Positions 27,634 through 36,633 of a DNA stretch of 52,607 bases are shown in pieces. Location of the stretch: positions 1 through 52,607 of the forward strand of contig CAXSGP010000008.1 in NCBI GenBank assembly GCA_964236955.1, given 5' to 3'. Made by a program: the position numbers and the translations under genes. This DNA comes from an uncultured Oligoflexus sp. (GTDB taxonomy: Bacteria > Bdellovibrionota_B > Oligoflexia > Oligoflexales > Oligoflexaceae). Position 1 is the stretch's first letter, and each line of letters begins with the position of its first letter. A model generated the notes under the pieces. The model did no database searches. It saw only the letters and a list, made by a program, of their open reading frames with translations, and was not told the DNA's origin.

Positions 27634-28710
27634 CTAAAAAGGCCTGTGGGACTTCACAAAGGTCAGATTCTTGCCGGCGAGGTCGCTTATGCCGACCCTG
27701 TCATCTTCAGTTAAATAGAGGTACTCTTCGGCATAAGCCATAGTAGAAAAATCGGTTTCCCATTTGGAATTTGCGCCGTTCAAATTCGCATTGCCGACGG
27801 TGCCAGTTTCGGAATCGAGATCGGGATTATCGGCATGATTCATACCGAATTGATGTCCGACTTCATGCAAAAGCACATGAAAGGCGGGTTTTACGGGCAT
27901 AAAATAGCTCGTTTGTGATGACAGGCCGCTGTTTAAAAATTGATCGACATAGATGCTGAGTTGATCATTGTTTCTGCTGATGATTTTTTGAGCTTGGAGC
28001 AGTTGATTGAAAGAATTTAACTCCTCAAAGCTCACCCAATCGGCATGAGAAGCAAGCGCGCTGTAAGTGGTTTTCATTCGGGCATCCTTGAGGTCGGCTG
28101 CCATGGATTTCCACTCGACATAGGGACTTAAAATCACCGTCGCCGGCGAATGATTCCTGATGCCGGTCCACTGGCCGGCTTTATAGTAGCTGTAAGTCAA
28201 CGAACCCGGGCTGCCCCAGCCAAGGGTCATTGAACCTGTCGAACAATTGGCATTTCCACCTGATTTTTTGCAGCTCACTTTATTCTGCTGAAAATTCTTT
28301 TGTATGTCCTGATCGGGACTCAGCTTGCTTTCATCGCCGATCACGACTACCGAACTGTAATTATTGTCTTTCATATCGCAGTGGTTTTGAATCGTAAAAT
28401 CAAGGTATTGCCATATTTTTTCGCTGCCCTGTCCGCTGGCTTTTAACCAGGCGGCATAGGCAAGTTTCGTTTCGAGCAGAAGATCAGACTCATTGAAATG
28501 CGAAGCATCCTGGATACAGACCGAGACTTTACTAAAATTTGTTTTAAAGCCGAGGTCAAGAAATTGCAGTCGAGAGTTGATCACAGATATTGATGAAGCG
28601 GTGGGTAAATGAGCCCATTTCGTGGCTGAATCCTCGGATTCAGGGGAGCCGCAGGCAAGAGCAAGCAGGGGAAGTGAGCACAAAAGCAACATGGATTTGA
28701 GTCTTTTCAT
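27634..28710 (-). CDS. Metzincin-type zinc metalloprotease lipoprotein
   Basis: Lipobox ALAC, HEVGHQFGMNH (HExxHxxGxxH), and Met-turn-like STMAY. Confidence 0.8.
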   Translation of the reverse strand: MKRLKSMLLLCSLPLLALACGSPESEDSATKWAHLPTASSISVINSRLQFLDLGFKTNFSKVSVCIQDASHFNESDLLLETKLAYAAWLKASGQGSEKIWQYLDFTIQNHCDMKDNNYSSVVVIGDESKLSPDQDIQKNFQQNKVSCKKSGGNANCSTGSMTLGWGSPGSLTYSYYKAGQWTGIRNHSPATVILSPYVEWKSMAADLKDARMKTTYSALASHADWVSFEELNSFNQLLQAQKIISRNNDQLSIYVDQFLNSGLSSQTSYFMPVKPAFHVLLHEVGHQFGMNHADNPDLDSETGTVGNANLNGANSKWETDFSTMAYAEEYLYLTEDDRVGISDLAGKNLTFVKSHRPF

Positions 28711-28900
28711 AGACATCTCCCAGGATGTGAACAACCTTAGGCCGTTACAGGTTTCGGTTTTCGAATCGAGGGAAATCTAACCTAGATTTTGCGACAAATC
28801 AAATATTTAAGCCTGAAATAAGCAAAAAATTCTGTCGCAAATTTCCAACAGCGCGGCGTGAGCCGTAAGAGTTTTTTCAGAATTAAATTTAGAACGGTTT

Positions 28901-28926
28901 AAGAAAAGGCCAACAGGCCTTTTCTT
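28901..28926. terminator. Perfect hairpin terminator downstream of osmC
   Basis: AAGAAAAGGCC-AACA-GGCCTTTTCTT. Confidence 0.8.
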
Positions 28927-28933
28927 ATCGACC

Positions 28934-29359
28934 TTAACTCAGACTGGCAGAAAGTGAGATGGGTACCTTGAGGGCTTTGGATACAGGGCAATTGGCCTTC
29001 GCTCCGGCAGCGATTTCCTGGAATTTTTTATCGTCGATTTCCGGAATCGATGCCGTGAGCGTCAACTTAATATCCTTGATGGCGAACCCGCTGCCTTCTT
29101 TATCAAGGGATACCCTGGCGCTTGTCTTCATTTCCGTGGCCTTAAATCCAGCTTCGGCAAGTGCAAAAGCCAAAGCCATGGTAAAACAACCCGCATGGGC
29201 CGCTCCGATCAACTCTTCCGGATTGCTGCCAGGGCCGCCTTCGAATCGTGCTGTGAAACCGTAGGGTGCATCTTTCAAAACATGGCTTTGAGTGCTGATC
29301 CTGCCTTTGCCAGTCTTACCGTCCCCGTTCCAAACTACATGGGCTTCCTTGCTGATCAT
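28934..29359 (-). CDS. osmC: OsmC-family peroxiredoxin
   Basis: GSNPEELIGAAHAGCF and AKANCPVSKAL. AGGAG RBS. Confidence 0.93.
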   Translation of the reverse strand: MISKEAHVVWNGDGKTGKGRISTQSHVLKDAPYGFTARFEGGPGSNPEELIGAAHAGCFTMALAFALAEAGFKATEMKTSARVSLDKEGSGFAIKDIKLTLTASIPEIDDKKFQEIAAGAKANCPVSKALKVPISLSASLS

Positions 29360-29440
29360 CATGCGCTCCTCGTTTGTGTGGCGATGGGGAATATCCCATC
29401 GCTTCATCAAACCTGGACTTTCCATGAAACACAAGGCAGC

Positions 29441-29488
29441 AAAAAGCCGCAGCGACCGCTTCGTTTTGTGAAGCCAGCCGCTTGCGGC
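29441..29488 (-). terminator. Terminator of the three-gene DUF1501-type operon
   Basis: Long minus-strand hairpin GCCGCAAGCGGCTGGCTTC...GAAGCGGTCGCTGCGGC followed by TTTTT. Confidence 0.65.
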
Positions 29489-29507
29489 AAATTGTGGATT
29501 GAAGAGT

Positions 29508-30917
29508 TTAGGTCAGTATGGGAGCGATCTCCTTAAACGTAGGCCAATGTTTCCTCACCATGCGTTCGGTGGGAAAGAGGTCGCCAAAGACGCGCATGAG
29601 CATACTTCCAACAATACTTTCCGAGGTGTAAGGTGAGCCCGCAGGATCAGTGGTACCAATTGTATCTTTGGTGGCTTGCGGAACCATATTGTCCCCTACT
29701 ATTCCAACCCTTCCTGCACTTGGCACGCCGGCGTTGATAAACATCATGCCCATGCAGAGGCCGTGATCACGGCCTGGTGATTTTACCAGGAGTTCTTTGC
29801 CAGTGGCATCGATGATCTTCAAATTCTGCGCCGCCGCATTGTAAGGCGAACGGGCAAATTCCTGACCGACGACGATCATCACATCGTTTTGCAGATTGAC
29901 CGATTTGATCCATTGCCAAAACAGGGCGATAGAGGCCCATTTTGCGGATGCGAGACGCGCTGTGGTTACATCGGCACCTCCGCCATGTGCATCCTCCCCC
30001 AGCGCATCGATCGACATACCGTTGGCAAGCCCAGTCTTGGCCAGAATGCCAGCCAAAATTAGTTTTTCCTTAAAACCACCATCGCTATTCGCTACGGCTG
30101 CGATCGCCGCTTTGTCGGCACAGGCATCGATGAGTTTGAGGATCTCAGCTTGAGCCATCATGGCCCGCAGCGCTGTGATATCGGCCTGTGCCTTAGCCAA
30201 TTCCGGCAGTCCAACTTTGAGCGTATCAAGCTGATAGCTTGCGCTTGATTCGAGACTGGCATCGCTCAGAACAGAACCGAGAGCCGGATTTTTAAAGCGG
30301 TTCTTTAACACGCTCCAGATCGGGTCGAGACCATCCTTCGGGATCGTTCCAATATCGCTTGTGATCACTTTGAACTCGTCGAGAGTGTTCGCCGAGACGG
30401 ACGTAACGTCACTCACGCTTGCCGTCTTGTTGCCGCGAGTCAAAACCATCGGATTGAGTCGCTCGGGAGTCTTCATGAACTGGGTCACTCCCATCGCCCA
30501 TTCGGGGGAAATTGAAGTGGAGGCAGAGCCCCGTCTCTGCAGCAGTGAGGCCACATTGTGATCAAGGGACTGCGAGGTGCCGCCGACCAGGCACATCTCG
30601 TGGGCCATCGGCGCCAGAAATTTCATATAGTCGTGAAAAACCATGCCTCCCGACTGCGTATGACTGTTCAGTAGAGGATTGTTCGCGGGTGCAGGGGCTC
30701 CATTCTGAAAGAAACCCGAGGGCCAGGTACCTGGAGTTAAAGGCTGCAGGAGGCCATTGGCGGCGCCGCAGGAGGACCCGAAATGGATGTAAATCAAAAA
30801 GCGATTGCTTTTGGGATTCGGTGCATCCTCGTCCGCCAGCAGCCGATTGTTCATCAAAGTGGAAAGGGCGCCGGCAGCGGCCGAGGCTTGGAAGAGGTTA
30901 CGGCGGTTGATAATCAT
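29508..30917 (-). CDS. Tat-exported DUF1501-like protein
   Basis: Twin-arginine signal NRRNLFQ. C-terminal VMIVVGQEFARSP...GRDH resembles the DUF1501 SEFGRT...DH motif. Confidence 0.7.
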   Translation of the reverse strand: MIINRRNLFQASAAAGALSTLMNNRLLADEDAPNPKSNRFLIYIHFGSSCGAANGLLQPLTPGTWPSGFFQNGAPAPANNPLLNSHTQSGGMVFHDYMKFLAPMAHEMCLVGGTSQSLDHNVASLLQRRGSASTSISPEWAMGVTQFMKTPERLNPMVLTRGNKTASVSDVTSVSANTLDEFKVITSDIGTIPKDGLDPIWSVLKNRFKNPALGSVLSDASLESSASYQLDTLKVGLPELAKAQADITALRAMMAQAEILKLIDACADKAAIAAVANSDGGFKEKLILAGILAKTGLANGMSIDALGEDAHGGGADVTTARLASAKWASIALFWQWIKSVNLQNDVMIVVGQEFARSPYNAAAQNLKIIDATGKELLVKSPGRDHGLCMGMMFINAGVPSAGRVGIVGDNMVPQATKDTIGTTDPAGSPYTSESIVGSMLMRVFGDLFPTERMVRKHWPTFKEIAPILT

Positions 30918-30930
30918 AGCTTTATGTTCC

Positions 30931-31713
30931 TTAGTATATGAAGACCAATGGATCCATCGAAAGCGCGATGCAGACGCCGATATAGCCGTTGCGCATGCCG
31001 ACATTCTTATCTTTTGCAGCCCGTATCAATTGCTCGAAGGCTGCCGCGTAGGACTCGGCATCGATCGCGATGGGAAGCGTGGTTCCACCGAGACCCAAGA
31101 GCTTTCTCATGAATTCGTTGAGGTCTGCGACCAGGGGTTTTTCACCGAGGACCAATAGATTCGATGCCGTGTCCTTGGCTTTGAATTTTATGATCTCGGC
31201 ATCGACCAGACTGATGCATTCCCGGCTTAAGGCCGCACGCAGGGTGCGGGTGTAATTCAAAGTGAGGCTGGTGGCGGGATTCACGTTCTGTGGCGCCCGG
31301 TTCATGCGTGGCGATCCCAAATCGAAGGAGCCCATCGCCGGACGTTCGGCCATGCTGAAAATCGAGTCCGTGCAATCGCTGGGATTGGCAGGCTTGGTTT
31401 TTTCACAGTGCATGAAGCCAAAGTCTTTTTTGGTAAAGACGTTTTGATAATAACGGGTCAAACCGCGCGCATCCAAAAAACGCATGGAACTGCCGGTGTC
31501 GGGCACCAGGGCCAGGACCGTGCTATCGACATCCCCCGCAAGGCTGTCGCTATTGGGAACCGATTGTAGCGGCACGGGCAGGGTAGCCACAACTCGGCCA
31601 TCCGCCTCGCGCGCCAGGGTCCCGGGTCTGTCGCCGGGCGCACCTGAGCTGCAGGACGTTATCCAAAGAATGAGGCCGTAGCGAATCGCGGATTGAATCC
31701 GAGTCTTTTGCAT
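30931..31713 (-). CDS. Hypothetical lipoprotein, middle gene of the operon
   Basis: Lipobox-like ITSC. Starts 1 nt after the upstream stop. Several Cys residues; C-terminal CIALSMDPLVFIY. Confidence 0.7.
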   Translation of the reverse strand: MQKTRIQSAIRYGLILWITSCSSGAPGDRPGTLAREADGRVVATLPVPLQSVPNSDSLAGDVDSTVLALVPDTGSSMRFLDARGLTRYYQNVFTKKDFGFMHCEKTKPANPSDCTDSIFSMAERPAMGSFDLGSPRMNRAPQNVNPATSLTLNYTRTLRAALSRECISLVDAEIIKFKAKDTASNLLVLGEKPLVADLNEFMRKLLGLGGTTLPIAIDAESYAAAFEQLIRAAKDKNVGMRNGYIGVCIALSMDPLVFIY

Positions 31714-31714
31714 A

Positions 31715-33289
31715 CTATTCACCTGCTTTCGGCGACAGAAATTCAGGGGTCAGGACCATGGCCTTGATCGTTGCGCGCAGATTTTTCGAAGAGCTCTTGA
31801 AATCGGCGACGTAAGCCGGCATTTTATTTTCGAGTTCGATAGAAGTCATTTTTCGGCCGTTAAGAAACTCGAAAGCGCGACGAATGCTGCATTCATCAAA
31901 AGCATCGGTTTCCGCGAGGATTTTGCCAAAGGCCGGCGCGCCATCGCCTTCGGACCCATTGAAACGTCCGGTATCGACAACCGTCTTGCTACTGTCGTAG
32001 ACGTACTGGGTATTGCCGGTGGTTGGCCAGCGATTAAAAAAGGCCGCCATCGGTTCGAGAGATTTATGACAATAAGTGCAATAGGCACGTTTGGTCAGAT
32101 CAGGATTGGAATCGCTGGGATCGGCGAGAGCACCTTCGGGCACCGTGAACTTTTTGCAAAGAAAGGTTTCATAAGCCCGGTTGGCTTTCGCACGCCGGCC
32201 GTTGGTCAGGATTTGAAACGCTGGTGTCGTGAGCACGCCGGCATGCAGGGGACTGCGGTTGATCCTATAATGGCTGCGGTCGAGGCGATTGCCTGGACTA
32301 AAAATAGGATGGGCGATATCGACGATGCCGCCGCCTGGGTAATTGGCCCAAAGATCCTTGCCCTGGCCCGCCATGAAGTAGGCGTAGGTACCGGTCATGA
32401 TCGTGGTGGGAGTCGTGAGGATTTCATTAAAAGGCTTATCCTCGGCAACCGTATGGGCGATGAGGTAAGCTGGTTCCAGGGAAAGGTCCAGGCCAACTTC
32501 GTCAAGGAAGGCGTCAAAGCCCTGGGCGTTTCTAAGGTTGCAATTGATCATCGCCGCACCACAGCGTTCGAGGACTTTAGGGGGCACCTTATAGTTGAGG
32601 ACTCCAGCATAGCGGCTGTGAGTCGTGACTTTTTCGGGATCCCAATAGGGTTTGACAGTAACGAGATTGCTGTCTTCGCAGACCGCTGTGGTTTCCTTGG
32701 CGATATCGAGAAGCCTTTGCCAGAGAGCTTGGGTGCCCGCTTGGATGGGCAAGGGGATTTTTTCGTCGGGTCCCAGTTGATCGACTGCGGCCCGCGTCAG
32801 TTGATTGATCATACCCGCCGATGGTCCCCAGACGAGAAGGGGGGCATCCGTACACTGAATAATGCCGAGCTCCAAAGGGCCGTTCTCATGACTTGCTATG
32901 TATTTGGTGAGATAGTCCACGGTAAATTTGGGTTGATCCGCCGGCCCCAATCCATTCCAGTTAGCGCGACCCAAGACATTTTGCAGGTCCTGACCTTTGG
33001 CATTCTTCATAGCATAGACATCGATCGGCGACTGCATGCCGATCACCTTGCTCCAAAAATGAGCGAAATATTCGATGAAATCAGAGGATGCTGACAGCTG
33101 GTCGGCAATGCCATCCAGGGTGATTTGATCATTGATGAATTTGGTTTTCATGACCGGGGTCAGGGGCTGACCGGTTAGCGCGATAGCGATTTTATCGGCC
33201 TGCCTGATTTTTTGGAGATCGGCTGCAGCGAATAGGGGTGGTGAACAATATGTCGCCATTCCCAAGGCTAGCAGGTATTTGTAAATCAT
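31715..33289 (-). CDS. Exported DUF1588/DUF1585-like protein with one CxxCH motif
   Basis: GGAGG RBS and signal peptide. HAGVLTTPAF...RANRAYETFLC, CTYCHKSLEP, and FDECSIRRAFEFLNGR. Confidence 0.7.
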   Translation of the reverse strand: MIYKYLLALGMATYCSPPLFAAADLQKIRQADKIAIALTGQPLTPVMKTKFINDQITLDGIADQLSASSDFIEYFAHFWSKVIGMQSPIDVYAMKNAKGQDLQNVLGRANWNGLGPADQPKFTVDYLTKYIASHENGPLELGIIQCTDAPLLVWGPSAGMINQLTRAAVDQLGPDEKIPLPIQAGTQALWQRLLDIAKETTAVCEDSNLVTVKPYWDPEKVTTHSRYAGVLNYKVPPKVLERCGAAMINCNLRNAQGFDAFLDEVGLDLSLEPAYLIAHTVAEDKPFNEILTTPTTIMTGTYAYFMAGQGKDLWANYPGGGIVDIAHPIFSPGNRLDRSHYRINRSPLHAGVLTTPAFQILTNGRRAKANRAYETFLCKKFTVPEGALADPSDSNPDLTKRAYCTYCHKSLEPMAAFFNRWPTTGNTQYVYDSSKTVVDTGRFNGSEGDGAPAFGKILAETDAFDECSIRRAFEFLNGRKMTSIELENKMPAYVADFKSSSKNLRATIKAMVLTPEFLSPKAGE

Positions 33290-33332
33290 ACTTTCCTCCA
33301 GAATTTACCATGTCCAACCATGGCAAACTCTT

Positions 33333-33359
33333 GATTCGGCAAAGCCCGGCGAATATTGA
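33333..33359 (-). promoter_or_regulatory. Possible sigma28-type promoter of the operon
   Basis: TCAA-N15-GCCGAATC about 44 nt upstream of the start at 33289. Confidence 0.4.
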
Positions 33360-33483
33360 ATGAAGTATAAAAAAGTTTGATTTATAAAATAAATACAGTA
33401 TCTTAGATATAGAATTAAAGGGCTGGTTAAAGGCGAATTTTCCGTGCTAAGAAACCAAGCCTAGCAATCGATTGAGGATTTTT

Positions 33484-34116
33484 ATGAAAACGCAGGGACT
33501 GGCGAGCGCATGGATACCCGCAACATTACCAAGCGGCAGGCTTGTGATCGTGCTCCATGGTCGAGGCGATTCTCCCGCAGGATTTCGCTGGTTGCCGGAG
33601 GCGATGGGATTGCCTGATGTCAATTTCCTGCTCGTCCAGGCTCCCGACCCCTATTACACCGGCTACAGTTGGTATGATCTGCCGCCAAACCAGGGGCCCG
33701 GGATCTTGCGCTCACGAAGCTTACTCGATACCCTGATGTCCGAAGTGATGGCAGGCGGCTTTCAAACCAAAGACATTATACTTTTCGGCTTTTCCCAAGG
33801 CTGTCTGATGACGCTGGAATGGGGGGGGCGCACGAATTTAGAAATGGCCGGATTTATTGCCATCTCAGGTTACTGCTATGACCCAAAAAAGCTCGGCGAG
33901 GAGCTGAGCGAGACCGCGCGGAAGGCGCACTGGCTGGTGACGCATGGAATCCTCGATGGCACCCTCGATTACGCAGTGACCCAGGCGCAGGTGAAGTATC
34001 TGATCGGCGCGGGTCTGCCGCTTGAATTCCATAGCTTCGTCAAAGAGCATACGATCGACGACAATCTTGAAATACCGCTCCTTCGCACTTTTATGCGGGA
34101 ACGTTTTGCCCGATAG
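33484..34116 (+). CDS. Phospholipase/carboxylesterase (alpha/beta hydrolase)
   Basis: LHGRGD, GFSQG nucleophile motif, HGILD, and KEH. Confidence 0.9.
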   Translation: MKTQGLASAWIPATLPSGRLVIVLHGRGDSPAGFRWLPEAMGLPDVNFLLVQAPDPYYTGYSWYDLPPNQGPGILRSRSLLDTLMSEVMAGGFQTKDIILFGFSQGCLMTLEWGGRTNLEMAGFIAISGYCYDPKKLGEELSETARKAHWLVTHGILDGTLDYAVTQAQVKYLIGAGLPLEFHSFVKEHTIDDNLEIPLLRTFMRERFAR

Positions 34117-34126
34117 GAGAGTCCTT

Positions 34127-35716
34127 ATGGAAGACGCTAAAAGCAATGCTCCCATTAAGCATTATGAGAATAGTTTCGTCAACAGCCTGGTCGGCGACCC
34201 TTCGGGTTCAACGATTGCCCGGTCCACTCCCAATGTTTTTTATTCCCTGGTTAATCCCACGCCTGTGCGCAAGCCTGAAATACTGATTTGGTCAGAATCC
34301 GCAGGAGCGCTTTTGGATCTCGCGCCACCTTTGCCAAAAGACGGCTGGGAAGCCAGGGTATTTGCCGGCAATAGCATCCTTCCCGGAATGATTCCCTATG
34401 CCGCTCGCTATGGAGGTCATCAGTTCGGCAACTGGGCAGGTCAGCTGGGGGACGGACGGGCGATCTCGCTGGGTGAAATAAAGAATGCGCTGGGGCAGCG
34501 TTGGGAGATTCAACTGAAGGGCGCGGGGCCCACCCCTTACTCGCGGCGGGCCGATGGTCGGGCCGTGCTTCGTTCCTCCTTACGCGAATTTTTGTGCAGT
34601 GAGGCCATGTTTCACCTAGGGGTGCCGACGACGCGAGCCCTCTGTTGCGTCACGACCGGGGAGGAGGTGCTTCGGGATATGTTTTATGATGGGCATCCGG
34701 CCTGGGAACCCGGAGCGATAACGACCCGACTGTCGCCCTCGTTTCTGCGCTTTGGAAACTTTGAGATCCTGGCGGCAAGCGGTGAGACGGAAAACCTCAG
34801 GGCACTGGCCGATTACACACTGCTCACTCATTTTCCCGAGATTGCAAGAGGATCGGAAGAAGCCTACCTGGGCTTATTCCACGAGGTCTCAAGGCGTACG
34901 GCCAAGCTTATGGTCGAATGGTTAAGGGTGGGCTTTGTGCATGGAGTGATGAACACGGACAATATGTCGATCCTCGGGTTGACCATCGATTATGGTCCCT
35001 ATGGTTGGCTCGATGTTTATGAGCCAGGATTTACGCCTAACACCACCGATGCAGCCCACAAGCGTTATCGATATTCGCAGCAACCCAGCATAGGCCTTTG
35101 GAATCTTGCGCGCCTCGGTGAAGCCCTGGCACCGCTCCTGGGTGAGCCCGAGCGCCTTGAATCGGGCTTTGATATCTATCGTCAGGTGTTTGCCACAGGG
35201 TACCAGCAGATGATGGTCAACAAGCTGGGGCTGGCGAACTTCCGAGGTGAGGAGGATCAGGAGCTCCTGCAAAGCCTCGACGAGGTCCTGCGTTCGACCG
35301 AAATCGATATGACTCTTTTTTATCGCATCCTTGCCGAAGAGGGAAGGTTGGGCCGGGCGGAAGATTCCCTATCACCGGAGATGCAAGAAATTTTCTACGC
35401 TCCCAATCCCGAGGGTCAGCAAAAAGTCTTGGAATGGTTGGTTCGCTACCGAAAACGTCTGGCTCTCGATCGAAGGCCGCATGAGGGCGTCAAGCGCCAG
35501 ATGAATGCTGCAAATCCATACTTTATTCCGCGAAATTACCTGGTTAACCAAGCCCTGGATGAACTGCTGGCGGGCGATAGGACGCTGCTCGATGAGCTTA
35601 TGCTAGGCCTGCAAAGTCCCTACGATGCCAATCCCGTGACGACGAAATTTTTTGTCCGAAGGCCGGAATGGGCTCGCCAAAAACCGGGGTGTTCGGATCT
35701 TTCCTGTTCGTCGTGA
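34127..35716 (+). CDS. selO: Protein adenylyltransferase SelO (YdiU)
   Basis: YGGHQFG, QLGDGRA, QLKGAG, DGRAVLRSS, HGVMNTDN, DYGP, and C-terminal SCSS. Its AGGAG RBS overlaps the esterase stop. Confidence 0.95.
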   Translation: MEDAKSNAPIKHYENSFVNSLVGDPSGSTIARSTPNVFYSLVNPTPVRKPEILIWSESAGALLDLAPPLPKDGWEARVFAGNSILPGMIPYAARYGGHQFGNWAGQLGDGRAISLGEIKNALGQRWEIQLKGAGPTPYSRRADGRAVLRSSLREFLCSEAMFHLGVPTTRALCCVTTGEEVLRDMFYDGHPAWEPGAITTRLSPSFLRFGNFEILAASGETENLRALADYTLLTHFPEIARGSEEAYLGLFHEVSRRTAKLMVEWLRVGFVHGVMNTDNMSILGLTIDYGPYGWLDVYEPGFTPNTTDAAHKRYRYSQQPSIGLWNLARLGEALAPLLGEPERLESGFDIYRQVFATGYQQMMVNKLGLANFRGEEDQELLQSLDEVLRSTEIDMTLFYRILAEEGRLGRAEDSLSPEMQEIFYAPNPEGQQKVLEWLVRYRKRLALDRRPHEGVKRQMNAANPYFIPRNYLVNQALDELLAGDRTLLDELMLGLQSPYDANPVTTKFFVRRPEWARQKPGCSDLSCSS

Positions 35717-35770
35717 GCATTGAATCAAAAAAAATGTTTAAAATAAATCGGTAGAAATCCTTGGTACCAA

Positions 35771-35798
35771 AGGCTCCTATGAGGGGGCCTATTTTTTT
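35771..35798 (+). terminator. Rho-independent terminator after selO
   Basis: AGGCTCCT-ATGA-GGGGGCCT followed by ATTTTTTT. Confidence 0.65.
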
Positions 35799-35895
35799 GC
35801 TTGCACTTTTTGTTGCAAATCAACCATATGACGCATAGGGGCAAGCATGCTCGTTGGTTTTGGGCCAAATTTAAATCTTGACTGGAGAAGCTCTA

Positions 35896-36369
35896 ATGGC
35901 AAAGAAAGCTAAGACGACTAAAAAAAGTTCTGTAAAAAAACCTTCCAAGAAAGCCTCTGCAAAAAAGGCCATAAAGTCAGCCGGAGCAACTGCTGGGAAG
36001 AAAAAAGTCACCAAAGCTAAAAAGGCCAAAACAAAAAAAGTGGCCGCCAAGAAGGCTGCGGTCAAGAAAAAAGTCAAAGCTGTGGTCAAGGCCGTTAAGA
36101 AAAAAATCAGCAAGGTAAAAAAAGCCGATAGTAAAAGCAAAAAAGCCAAGCCCGCCAAAGCGAAAAAAACGGGAAGCAAGGCTAAAGCCACCAAAAAAAG
36201 CTCAGCAAAAAAAACCACAGGTAAACGTCGCGGTGCAACTGCGGGCCGGAAGAAATCCGGATCCAAGTTCACGGATACCCTAAGCGAAGCGACCGACCTT
36301 GTTAAAGATAAAGTCAAGGAAGGCTATCAGAGCGTCATGGACGCCTTTACACCGGACAATGATGAATAG
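35896..36369 (+). CDS. Histone H1-like Lys/Ala-rich basic protein
   Basis: GGAG RBS. Begins MAKKAKTTKK, with ~125 aa of K/A-rich sequence and a short acidic tail. Confidence 0.8.
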   Translation: MAKKAKTTKKSSVKKPSKKASAKKAIKSAGATAGKKKVTKAKKAKTKKVAAKKAAVKKKVKAVVKAVKKKISKVKKADSKSKKAKPAKAKKTGSKAKATKKSSAKKTTGKRRGATAGRKKSGSKFTDTLSEATDLVKDKVKEGYQSVMDAFTPDNDE

Positions 36370-36387
36370 GGTTTTCTAGGGACTTCA

Positions 36388-36420
36388 GGCAGCCCTTCTT
36401 TGAGGGTTGCTACCTATTTT
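36388..36420 (+). terminator. Putative terminator after the H1-like gene
   Basis: GCAGCCCTT-CTTT-GAGGGTTGC stem with a weak T tail. Confidence 0.5.
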
Positions 36421-36633
36421 AGTCTAAGATCTTGAAATTTAAAGACTTGTCCCCCTTCAGAAGCCCGCTCCGTCACCGCTCTTCAAGAGTTCATTTCTTA
36501 TTCCCAATACTTATCGTTCTCAAGCCCATATCGCGGTAGAATTTTGCTTGCAGCTTGCGAGTGGAAAAGCATAGATACTTTGGCGTGAAATCGTTTTAGC
36601 CTCAACAACCCTCTTTCTTTCCTTGGAGTCTTC

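Noticed and set aside
6966..28780. Further sigma28-like boxes near 6966 (ACCGATGC) and 28751 (ACCGAAAC)
   Set aside because: No acceptable -35 element at the 15-nt spacing.
32066..33094. 342-aa plus-strand ORF
   Set aside because: Antisense to the CxxCH gene, which has an RBS, a signal peptide and operon context.
35690..35760. Selenocysteine read-through at the selO TGA
   Set aside because: The TGA follows a complete SCSS terminus, Cys already occupies the redox position, and I saw no SECIS-like hairpin directly downstream.
35871..36317. Hydrophobic 148-aa minus-strand ORF that looks like a membrane protein
   Set aside because: It is the mirror of the Lys-rich gene (AAA/AAG codons read as Phe/Leu). 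The plus strand has the RBS.
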